Positions 49,655 to 57,574 of a stretch of DNA of 64,000 nt are shown here, piece by piece. The notes beneath the pieces were generated by a model. That model ran no database searches. It had not been told where the DNA came from and saw only the letters and a program-made list of their open reading frames with translations. The position numbers and the translations under genes were made by a program. The DNA comes from an uncultured Gammaproteobacteria bacterium (GTDB lineage: Bacteria > Pseudomonadota > Gammaproteobacteria > CAISUE01): NCBI GenBank assembly GCA_964471475.1, contig CAYYFQ010000009.1, forward strand, positions 1,337 through 65,336, in the 5' to 3' direction. Position 1 is the stretch's first letter. Each line of letters begins with the position of its first letter.

Positions 49655-51232
49655 ATGAAAAATCGTGTTATTTCCACCACTGCTTTATTATTTTCTTGTG
49701 TGAGCGCTATCGTGGGTTCAGGGTGGTTATTTAGTGCTTATTACGGTGCTACCATAGCGGGCCCTCTTTCTTTGGTGACCTGGGTGATTGGTGCAATTAC
49801 TGTCATTATTGTTGCGTTTACTTTTGCGGAATTAAGTGCTTTTGTACCGATTACAGGAGCAAGTATTCGATTACCCCATTATACTCATGGCCGTTTTGTT
49901 AGTTTTATTTTTGCTTGGATGATATGGATTGGTTATATCGCGTTAGCGGCAGTGGAAGTCCAAGCGATTATTCAATATGGAAGTTTTTTTTATCCTTTCT
50001 TGGTGAAAGAAGGAGGGGCGCTCACCGCGGAAGGCTATTTAGTGGCAACTATCTTAATGTTACTGATCAGCCTTGTTAATTTTTATTCTTTGCATTGGTT
50101 AATGCGATGCAATAATTTTTTAACTATCTTAAAAATTTTAATTCCACTCGTGTTGTGTGCGGTTATTTTGATTCATCATTTTCCTATTACGCATGATTCC
50201 ATTAGTCAAATTACTTTTGCGCCGCATGGCATCAAAGGCGCTTTGGTGTTTTTGACTACAGGCGGAGTGGTTTTTGCTTTCAATGGTTTTAGGCAAGCTT
50301 CGGAGTTGGCTGGTGAAGCAAAAAATCCAGAGCGTGCTATTCCCATAGCAATTATTGGCGGTATCTTACTATGTTTAGTGATTTATTGGGCGCTCCAATA
50401 TGCTTTTTTAGTGCTGGTGAGTGATAATGCGAGTTTGTTGGAGTGGACGAGTTTAAAAGTGTCAGAAATGAATAGTCCTTTTGCGATTGCTTTGACACAA
50501 AATCATTTAACTTTTTGGTTAACAGTATTGTATGTAGGTGCCATTGTTGGTCCTTTTGCGGCAGCCTTAATGTATGGCAGTGGGGCGGCCCGTTCGCTTT
50601 ATGCGATTAGTAAAAATGGGACGGTGCCTTTATTTTTTTCTCGTTTAAATAAAAAAGGCTTGCCCGCGACAGCAATTGGCGCCAATTTTATTTTGGGAAT
50701 GACTTTATTTGCGCCTTTTCCTGGCTGGAAAAGCATGGCGAGTTTTTTAACTTCGTTAATGGCATTAACTTATATTATTGCCCCTGTGTGTTTATTGACG
50801 TTGCGTATGCGTTTTCCAACACATCATAATCGCAAGTTCGCATTGCCGTGTCCCATTCTGTGGAATGGATTAGCTTTTTATATTTGCAGTTTGTTTGTAT
50901 ATTGGACAGGGTGGGATATTTTCAAAAAACTGGTAGTAGGATTGTTGATTGGTTTTATTATTTTGATTGCGTATCGATTGAGTCAATCGCGTAAAAAGGT
51001 ATTTGATTTGGATTGGAAAAATTCAACGTGGGTGTGGAGTTTTTTTATTGGAATGGGCGTTATTGATTATTTGGGAAGTTTCGGAGGAATTGGAGTAATT
51101 CCTTTTGGATGGGATTTTTTGTGGATTGCGTTATCTAGCGTGCTGAGTTTGTACTTGGCAGTTAAATTTGCTTTTCCTGCGGAGTTACTTCAAGCACAGA
51201 TTGATCATTTATTATTAGAGCATCATGATTAG
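49655..51232 (+). CDS. APC family amino acid/polyamine permease
   Basis: 525 aa, 12+ TM. N-terminal ..VSAIVGSGWLF.. motif. The stop codon TAG spans the junction with family-A copy 2. Confidence 0.85.
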   Translation: MKNRVISTTALLFSCVSAIVGSGWLFSAYYGATIAGPLSLVTWVIGAITVIIVAFTFAELSAFVPITGASIRLPHYTHGRFVSFIFAWMIWIGYIALAAVEVQAIIQYGSFFYPFLVKEGGALTAEGYLVATILMLLISLVNFYSLHWLMRCNNFLTILKILIPLVLCAVILIHHFPITHDSISQITFAPHGIKGALVFLTTGGVVFAFNGFRQASELAGEAKNPERAIPIAIIGGILLCLVIYWALQYAFLVLVSDNASLLEWTSLKVSEMNSPFAIALTQNHLTFWLTVLYVGAIVGPFAAALMYGSGAARSLYAISKNGTVPLFFSRLNKKGLPATAIGANFILGMTLFAPFPGWKSMASFLTSLMALTYIIAPVCLLTLRMRFPTHHNRKFALPCPILWNGLAFYICSLFVYWTGWDIFKKLVVGLLIGFIILIAYRLSQSRKKVFDLDWKNSTWVWSFFIGMGVIDYLGSFGGIGVIPFGWDFLWIALSSVLSLYLAVKFAFPAELLQAQIDHLLLEHHD

Positions 51233-52187
51233 ACATCTTTCGAAACTCTACTCCTGTGGAAAATTTGTGCGTCGGTTCGGTGCTCGAATCCTCATGTACT
51301 GTCGTGTACACTCCGGTTCTGCGCTCCGATCCTCCTTCAACTTTTCTCACAGGAGCGAGTTTCGAAAGATGTCGATTAAAATTTTTGATAATCCTAATAA
51401 AAGGGCCATACTTTATTCGGTTTTATTGCATCTGGGTATTTTAGGGTTATTGATTTTTAGCCTCTCAATGAATCATTCATTAAATCCAAGTGCCGAAGTG
51501 CCATCTAGCATTCAAGCCAGTTTAATTTCAAATGCTACGAAAAGTGTGAAAACCTCTCCGGTCTCGAAACTTCAACCTTCTTCGGTTCCTCTTTCAAAAT
51601 CATTACCTAAGGTTGAAACTAAAGAAACCCTTAAGCCTTTAGATACTAAAGAAACAGTAAATGCTAAAGCAATTCCCGTTTCAGAATCAAAGCCTAAGCC
51701 TAAAAAAACGCTTCGCACCAATGAACAAAAAAAGTTACTCGAAGAAGCGTTAGCAGCTGAAGAAAGTAAAAACACTCACCAAAAATCCGTGCGCATGGAT
51801 CAAGAAGCTCAAAAATTACTTAATGAACAAATTCAAGCAGAGTCAGGAAAGCTGACTCAAAAATCTCACGCTGGGCGCAGTAAGGCAACACAGGCAGAAG
51901 TAGATCAATACGGCGCGTTAATTACGCAACAGGTGGAGCAAAATTGGATTGTGCCTCAAAACGTTGACAACCTTTCAGCATTGCTTGAGATTCAACTGGC
52001 GCCCGGGGGAATGGTGTTAAGTGTTAAAATATTAAAATCTAGTGGCAATGCCGTTTTGGATCGCTCTGCAGTAGCGGCTGTGAATAAAGCTTCGCCTTTG
52101 CCTGTGCCTAAAGATAAAGTGGCTTTTGATGCGTTTAGACGTTTTACTATCACGGTAAAACCAGAGGGCATGAGTTCAAATTTATGA
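51225..52187 (+). CDS. TolA/TonB-family protein (N-terminal TM anchor, Lys/Glu/Pro-rich spacer, TonB_C-like domain); start either 51225 (reading through the element) or 51369
   Basis: C-terminus Y..LI...V..NW..P...LSALLEIQLAPGGMVLSVKILKSSGNAVLDRSAVAAV.KASPLP. ORF is open from ATG 51225 through the element. There is an internal ATG at 51369. Confidence 0.8.
   Translation: MIRHLSKLYSCGKFVRRFGARILMYCRVHSGSALRSSFNFSHRSEFRKMSIKIFDNPNKRAILYSVLLHLGILGLLIFSLSMNHSLNPSAEVPSSIQASLISNATKSVKTSPVSKLQPSSVPLSKSLPKVETKETLKPLDTKETVNAKAIPVSESKPKPKKTLRTNEQKKLLEEALAAEESKNTHQKSVRMDQEAQKLLNEQIQAESGKLTQKSHAGRSKATQAEVDQYGALITQQVEQNWIVPQNVDNLSALLEIQLAPGGMVLSVKILKSSGNAVLDRSAVAAVNKASPLPVPKDKVAFDAFRRFTITVKPEGMSSNL
51231..51374 (+). 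mobile_element. family-A 144-bp palindromic element, copy 2, flanked by ATT/ATT
   Basis: Ends agacatctttcgaaac / gtttcgaaagatgtcg. Direct repeat ATT at 51228-51230 and 51375-51377. My hand count gives 20 mismatches and no indels versus copy 3. Confidence 0.88.
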
Positions 52188-53374
52188 ATTTTTTCGTACT
52201 CGGTTTAAATTATCAATCAACACCTTTGGCGTTGCGTGAGCGATTTGCAGTCGCGAAAAATCAAGTCCCTGATTTGTTAGCCTATTTAAAAAAGCAGACA
52301 CAACTTCAAGAATTAATTATTCTCTCGACGTGTAATCGCTGTGAGTTTTATGGGATAGGAGGGGAGGTACAAGCTTTGATGGGAGCAGTTTGCGAGTATG
52401 CTAAAGTGGCGTGCGAAGCAGAGATTCAAAAGCTGTGGTATTTACATTACAATGAAGCGGCGTTACGTCATTTGTTGCGAGTGACGATTGGTTTGGATTC
52501 AATGATTTTAGGCGAGCCTGAAATTTTTGGACAAGTCAAAAATGCTTATGAGATGGCAGTAGCTAATCAATCGGTAGCAAAAACGCTTCATCGACTATTT
52601 CAATTTAGTTTTCATATCAGTAAAAAAATTCGGCATGAAACGGAGATTGGAAAAAATCCGGTATCCGTGGCTTTTGCATCTGTCAAATTGGCTAAACATA
52701 TTTTTTCTGATTTAACGCAATGTACTTTGGTGTTGGTCGGGGCAGGCGAGACAATTAGTTTGCTTGCCAAACATTTTTTTGAGCAAGGTATTAAAAATTT
52801 TATTTTTGTGAATCGTACTTATGAACGTGCACAGCAATTAGCAAATGCCTACCAAGGAGATGCTTATAGTTTGAAAGAATTGCCGCTGGTGATTTCACGT
52901 GCCGATATTATGGTGGTTGCTACGGAAAACCAAGAGACTTTTATCACTCCTACTTTATTTGATCCATTAGCGCGGGTTAACACTTTATTAATGCTTGATT
53001 TAAGTGTGCCACGTAATATTGCGGTAGAGGTTGGCGATATTCAAGATTGTTATCTTTACACCATCGATGATTTGCAATCGATTGTCTTAGATAATCTTGA
53101 GCAACGCCAAAAAGCCGCTTATATTGCTCAAGAACTTATCGATCAAGAAGTTCAAGCATATTTTAACGATCAAAAAAACTCTATTGACGGTGCTTCGTGG
53201 CAATTGTTTGAGAAAGCACTTAATCAAACTATGCAAGATTTTTATGAGGCTCATTTTTTATCAGTTGAGTCGCCTGATTTACATCAAGCTCTTACGCAAT
53301 TAACTAAAAAGCTAAAGCATCAGGCTTTCGTCTTTGTGCAAAAAGTATTAAAAACGTCTTTAGGGCACCTCTAG
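52184..53374 (+). CDS. hemA: glutamyl-tRNA reductase
   Basis: 396 aa. GLNYQSTPLALRERF and LSTCNRCEFY active-site Cys motif, plus GAGE NADPH motif. Confidence 0.94.
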   Translation: MNFFVLGLNYQSTPLALRERFAVAKNQVPDLLAYLKKQTQLQELIILSTCNRCEFYGIGGEVQALMGAVCEYAKVACEAEIQKLWYLHYNEAALRHLLRVTIGLDSMILGEPEIFGQVKNAYEMAVANQSVAKTLHRLFQFSFHISKKIRHETEIGKNPVSVAFASVKLAKHIFSDLTQCTLVLVGAGETISLLAKHFFEQGIKNFIFVNRTYERAQQLANAYQGDAYSLKELPLVISRADIMVVATENQETFITPTLFDPLARVNTLLMLDLSVPRNIAVEVGDIQDCYLYTIDDLQSIVLDNLEQRQKAAYIAQELIDQEVQAYFNDQKNSIDGASWQLFEKALNQTMQDFYEAHFLSVESPDLHQALTQLTKKLKHQAFVFVQKVLKTSLGHL

Positions 53375-53505
53375 AAATTAGAAATTTTGTGCGAGAACAA
53401 GGCGCGCGAGAATTTTACAGCGGAGTTTATATTTGAATAAATGAGCATTTAAAATTCTCGCGCAACGCAGTTATCGCGCAAAAGAGCAATTTATAGAGGT
53501 GCCCT
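53362..53505. repeat. 144-bp nested palindromic element overlapping the last codons and stop of hemA
   Basis: Outer inverted repeat agggcacctcta / tagaggtgccct (12 of 12, extends to 18 of 19). Inner inverted repeat gcgcgagaatttta / taaaattctcgcgc. Confidence 0.6.
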
Positions 53506-53557
53506 TTATAGTGGACAAAGTATAGCGCTAGTCACTTAATTTTAGACAAGGCGCAAG

Positions 53558-53613
53558 CTCCCTCGTCGAAGGAGTGTACATAGTAGACGTACATGACTGA
53601 AGACGAGCGAGCT
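53558..53613. terminator. long imperfect hairpin between convergent hemA and the 807-aa gene (possible bidirectional terminator; core resembles family-A centre)
   Basis: agctccctcgtc...gacgagcgagct (11 of 12) enclosing gtgtacat..acgtacatga. Confidence 0.35.
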
Positions 53614-53657
53614 GGTAACGCCCTATAAAGCCAAGTGAAGGGCTATAGGACTTTCGA

Positions 53658-56081
53658 TCAAACAGATGGCCCCTCAACAAAGTTTGCAAACAAAGCTTTT
53701 GTTTCCTCTTCTGATGGAGGAGGTGCTGATTGGTTGGCCGCTTTTCTAAATAAAAGTAGGGAGTGTTCATACACGCCCTCGCGTAAGAGTGAGGAGGGGA
53801 GTGGTTCTCCTCCGTCACCAGGTGGTCGAGGTGCTTCTGCGAGTAATTTAGCAGCAGATGCCACCATGTCAGCCTCTTGTCTCAAAAGCTGTGAGCTTAG
53901 CTTTTCTTGTTGAATGACTCGAGCAAATAAGGCGTAAAGACGTTTTTTTAAAGCCCCTTTTTCTTCGTCGCTCATGTGTTGACTCATTTCGTCGAGCACT
54001 TTTTGAAATAAGCTAACATAAGACCTTAAAGTATGAATGACATGAGCAGTAGGGGACATCTCTGGCTTTTTTTCTTTAGAAGCTAAAGCGAAACTCAAAA
54101 GTAATGCGGTGTGGTATATACTTTTTTCGGCGGACGCTTCAGGGGCTCCCAGGAAACTTTCAATAGTATTTCGAAGTAGTTCCGGTCGATTAATAGAATG
54201 GCGTTCTGGAATATTTAAGGCCATGACAAAGTGTATGAGTGCCTGATGAGGAGAGGTGCTATTTTGAAAGCTTCGCTCTATAAAAATGCTAAGTATTTCT
54301 TCAAAAGGGATGCCGATTTCATGTAAGTGTTGTATGCCTTCCGTAACAATCTTAATACTTCTATAATCTTGTGTTCTTATTAATTCACCAGATATATGAT
54401 GCAAGATAGCCTTTTTTTGGAGGTTCCCTGCAATGGTTTTTATGGTTTCAAGGCTCACCGAAATTTTAAGTATTTCCATTACTGCAACTAGAGGATCAAG
54501 CATCAAATCTTTTTCGAAGTTCTTCGGGAAATTGCGAGGATTGCCAGGGCTAACTAGTTCGATGACCTCTTCGGGGTGAGAGAATAAGTCGCTCTCCAAA
54601 ATAAAGTTTAATCGTCTAATAGTGTGTAATCGTTCAGTAGTGTTTAATGGTAAATGATGTAACACAGGGGCGTTTATTACCACAGATAAAAGGCAATTAA
54701 TAGTTTCAGAGTCTCGCCATTTATATTTTGTAAGCGTCTGTAAATAAGTAATGATACTATCGTGAGCGTCGTCCGTCCGGATGATATTGGATAAATTTTT
54801 TATCTGAAGCCACAGTGCTGTATTGAGATGACCTTGAGTGTGTAAAGAAACAATAAATGCAAAAAAAACGTCGCTTACTGGACTTGATATAAAGGGGTTT
54901 ATGGTTCCGGGGGCCCAGATAGGTGTGCCAGGAAGTCTCTCAAAAGCCTCTAGAAAATCAAGATGGTCGCGCAAGATGGGTAACGTGCTTTCTAAAGCAG
55001 CGATAGGATTATTATTAAACAGCAAAAAATTAAGGAGATTGACGAGAATATTCTGCGGTAAATTGGGTGTCGCCAATTGGAGTTCTAGTTTTCCTTTTTT
55101 TAACAGCTCTTGCAAACAGTTAATTAAATAGCTTGCGTCTGCACCGCTTCGAGCCAACCACTCTGCTAACGCCTCGTGAGTAAGTTTTAGAGGCTCGCCC
55201 TCATCGCGTATACTAAGCGCAGTCTCCAGGAATCTTATAGCCCATGGAATATTTAAGAATAGCGCATAGAAAAAAGAAGGGGAAAATAAAAATAGAGAGT
55301 GTGAGTCGAGAAAGGACTGAAGGGTGAGTGGATCGGATGAGGTATGGCTAAGATAGATTAAAGCTGTTTTTAACTGCTGATCATGTAATGGGTTCTCACT
55401 GGAATTCAAGAGACGGCGCATTATAGTATCAGATACTTGGAGATAATTTTCCTGAAATCCCTTTGCTGTGCGCCTATCCCATGATAATTGATCCTTTGTA
55501 AACAGCGTCGAAAAAATTCTATTAAAAAGAAAGCAACAAAAATTAGTTGGTGGAATTATCAAACGTGCAAGAGGACCATGGACATATCCTAATAATAAAG
55601 TTTCCCGAGCGCTTTCTACTGAATAAGCAGCATCTGGTAATTGTGGATATTGAGAATCTAGATGGGTGACACATAAATCTACCCAGCATGTTTTAGGAAA
55701 GGTATTGGAAAGAAAGTCAGATAATTCCCGCATGGTTTCTTTATGTGTGTCTTCCTCTGGGATGCGTGAAAAAATTTGCTGCATGAGTGCTTCAATATAA
55801 TTTTGCCACACAGGAAAGGTTTCTGGAGTAAAAATATTTACTTCTGGAGGAGTAAAAAGATTTTGTAGAAAAGTATGTATCTCTGCAAATTGGGTTTGCT
55901 TTGAAATAGTGTCGCAAAACCTGGCTACTTTTGTGCTGACTTGGTCGGTGAATTTTTTCGCCGCTTGGTACGCTCTTTGTGATAAGTGAGGCGGCTGAGC
56001 GGTTTCCAGAAATTTGTTGATAAATAGGTCAGTTGCGCCGAGAAGTGAGGGTTTAAGCTCGTCAGGAGAATGTAATGGCAT
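53658..56081 (-). CDS. large orphan protein (807 aa), mostly helical; effector-like
   Basis: Long ORF with no recognisable domain. C-terminal 25 aa contain a Glu-rich block (PPPSEEETKALFANFVEGPSV). Confidence 0.7.
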   Translation of the reverse strand: MPLHSPDELKPSLLGATDLFINKFLETAQPPHLSQRAYQAAKKFTDQVSTKVARFCDTISKQTQFAEIHTFLQNLFTPPEVNIFTPETFPVWQNYIEALMQQIFSRIPEEDTHKETMRELSDFLSNTFPKTCWVDLCVTHLDSQYPQLPDAAYSVESARETLLLGYVHGPLARLIIPPTNFCCFLFNRIFSTLFTKDQLSWDRRTAKGFQENYLQVSDTIMRRLLNSSENPLHDQQLKTALIYLSHTSSDPLTLQSFLDSHSLFLFSPSFFYALFLNIPWAIRFLETALSIRDEGEPLKLTHEALAEWLARSGADASYLINCLQELLKKGKLELQLATPNLPQNILVNLLNFLLFNNNPIAALESTLPILRDHLDFLEAFERLPGTPIWAPGTINPFISSPVSDVFFAFIVSLHTQGHLNTALWLQIKNLSNIIRTDDAHDSIITYLQTLTKYKWRDSETINCLLSVVINAPVLHHLPLNTTERLHTIRRLNFILESDLFSHPEEVIELVSPGNPRNFPKNFEKDLMLDPLVAVMEILKISVSLETIKTIAGNLQKKAILHHISGELIRTQDYRSIKIVTEGIQHLHEIGIPFEEILSIFIERSFQNSTSPHQALIHFVMALNIPERHSINRPELLRNTIESFLGAPEASAEKSIYHTALLLSFALASKEKKPEMSPTAHVIHTLRSYVSLFQKVLDEMSQHMSDEEKGALKKRLYALFARVIQQEKLSSQLLRQEADMVASAAKLLAEAPRPPGDGGEPLPSSLLREGVYEHSLLLFRKAANQSAPPPSEEETKALFANFVEGPSV

Positions 56082-56128
56082 AAGAATAATGTTTTTGTTA
56101 AGTAGGTAGGTGTTATTTTATATCATGA

Positions 56129-56148
56129 AAGCTTAAATAAAGATTAAA
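56129..56148 (-). promoter_or_regulatory. PmrA-like tandem box (tTTAATctT-ta-tTTAAGctT) 6 nt upstream of a TATAAA -10, in front of the 807-aa gene
   Basis: Minus strand reads cgcctttaatctttatttaagctttcatgatataaaat. The two TTAA cores are 11 bp apart. Confidence 0.4.
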
Positions 56149-56171
56149 GGCGTATCTTTATAGTAACTAGT

Positions 56172-56365
56172 TCAGGGCGAACGCATTATAGAGCCACGCC
56201 AGTATTGAATTGTAGAGCAGTTGTTTGAACCGCTGTCATCCCGGCGAAGGCCGGGATCCAATGTGTTAAAGCATTAACGAAATTTTTTTAAAAGCTTGGA
56301 TCCCGGCCTTCGCCGGGATGACAGTAGCTCAATGTTGGCGTGGGTTTAAAATGCGTTCCCCGTGT
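56172..56365 (+). mobile_element. family-B 194-bp MITE, copy 2, flanked by 7-8-bp duplication (t)aactagt
   Basis: Base-for-base identical to 44251-44444 by eye. Direct repeat at 56165-56171 and 56366-56372. Confidence 0.85.
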
Positions 56366-56443
56366 AACTAGTTCCTCTCCTAAGGAAAACATTTGTTATT
56401 TGTTGTCTTTTCTATGATTTTTTTGCAACGCAAATTAAGTAGC

Positions 56444-56594
56444 TGCACTGGACAAAAAATCTCTGAAGCTGTCATCCCGCGACTTGTTCGCGGGATCCAA
56501 AAAGTTGAAACCTTGGGCCCCGCGAATAAATCGCGGGGCGACAGCGTTTTTAACAAGCTTTTTCAAGTAGCTTTTAAATTTTTGTCCAGTGCAG
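56444..56594. repeat. about 151-bp nested palindromic element (family C) with two GTCNCCCGCG..CGCGGG hairpin arms
   Basis: Outer inverted repeat ctgcactggacaaaaaat / atttttgtccagtgcag. Inner arms gctgtcatcccgcgacttgttcgcgggatcc / gggccccgcgaataaatcgcggggcgacagcg. Confidence 0.65.
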
Positions 56595-56621
56595 AGGTGA
56601 AATTCAATTTTGAGAGGCGTT

Positions 56622-56641
56622 CTTAATTTTATTTTAATATT
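56622..56641 (+). promoter_or_regulatory. PmrA-like tandem box (cTTAATttT-at-tTTAATatT) 7 nt upstream of TAAAAT, in front of the 245-aa gene
   Basis: Read directly. The two TTAAT cores are 11 bp apart. The -10-like hexamer at 56649-56654 overlaps ATG 56653. Confidence 0.45.
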
Positions 56642-56652
56642 TCTTTGCTAAA

Positions 56653-57390
56653 ATGGCCTCCTTTAAAAATAACAATAACAACACTATGAAACTCAATATA
56701 GACCAATTGCGCAAAGCGCAACAGCAGTGGACAAGGGTCCTTAAGATCTCTCGCCAATTCACAGAACACCTGACAGACGGAGAAGAAGTTTTTTTTAAAG
56801 CGCTGAAAAAGATGATCTCTGATTTCTTTCGTTTTTCATTAGGAAAAGAAACCACAGAAAAATTTGTCTGTTTATCAGCTCATACACTCTACCTTTTGGT
56901 TCGTTTAACATCACTCATGAGTTATCTTGAAACAAAATATCAAGATGTTTTTCTCTCTTCTAGAGAAGACACAGGGGCTTTGAGGCACAGCACGTTCTAT
57001 GCGATATTAGATCATTCCAATCCTTTTAATAACTGCTTTCGCAAAATTATCGAGAGCGTCGATATAGAAAATGAAGGAGGAGAGACTTTATTTATCGATT
57101 TGCTTACTAGGTATGATGATATTGCAGAAAATGCCAGTTCTTTTTCAGCTACAGTCAAGAGAGCTAATGTTAGACCAGAGTTACGCATCTTGCTAGATAA
57201 TTATTGCAGTGCCATAGCTTCCTTCCTGAGTGGAAATTCCATGGGTGCACTAGTAATCCCCCCATTGTTGAGTAGTGTCAATTCGTTAGTTGATTTGACT
57301 AAGGATCTTAATACTTTTATAGATCATATTTATAAACTTGGTTCTCTTGTTTCTCCTTTGGCGCCTCACGCACGCACCCATGGACTTTAA
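56653..57390 (+). CDS. orphan protein (245 aa; true start may be ATG 56686)
   Basis: ORF only, no recognisable domain. If the predicted -10 is real, the first ATG would be untranscribed or leaderless. Confidence 0.6.
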   Translation: MASFKNNNNNTMKLNIDQLRKAQQQWTRVLKISRQFTEHLTDGEEVFFKALKKMISDFFRFSLGKETTEKFVCLSAHTLYLLVRLTSLMSYLETKYQDVFLSSREDTGALRHSTFYAILDHSNPFNNCFRKIIESVDIENEGGETLFIDLLTRYDDIAENASSFSATVKRANVRPELRILLDNYCSAIASFLSGNSMGALVIPPLLSSVNSLVDLTKDLNTFIDHIYKLGSLVSPLAPHARTHGL

Positions 57391-57396
57391 CTCATT

Positions 57397-57540
57397 AGAC
57401 CTCTTTTGAAACGCTACTCCTACAGAAAATTTGTGTGTTGGTTCAGTGCTCGAATCCTCATGTGCTCGCATGTACACTCCGGTTCTGTGCTCCGAGCCTC
57501 CTTCAACTTTTCTTACAGGAGCGAGTTTTGAAAGAGGCCT
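57397..57540 (+). mobile_element. family-A 144-bp palindromic element, copy 3 (intergenic), flanked by ATT/ATT
   Basis: Ends agacctcttttgaaac / gttttgaaagaggcct. Direct repeat ATT at 57394-57396 and 57541-57543. Confidence 0.88.
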
Positions 57541-57574
57541 ATTCAGAAAGTATTTTTAAATACCATAAAAAATT

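Noticed and set aside
53528-55131. ORFs 53528..53818(-), 53635..53913(+), 54838..55131(+)
   Set aside because: They overlap the 807-aa ORF or the hairpin-rich spacer and have no support beyond being open.
56393-56855. ORFs 56393..56626(+) and 56634..56855(-)
   Set aside because: The first is composed of the family-C palindromic element. The second is antisense to the start of the 245-aa gene and its promoter.
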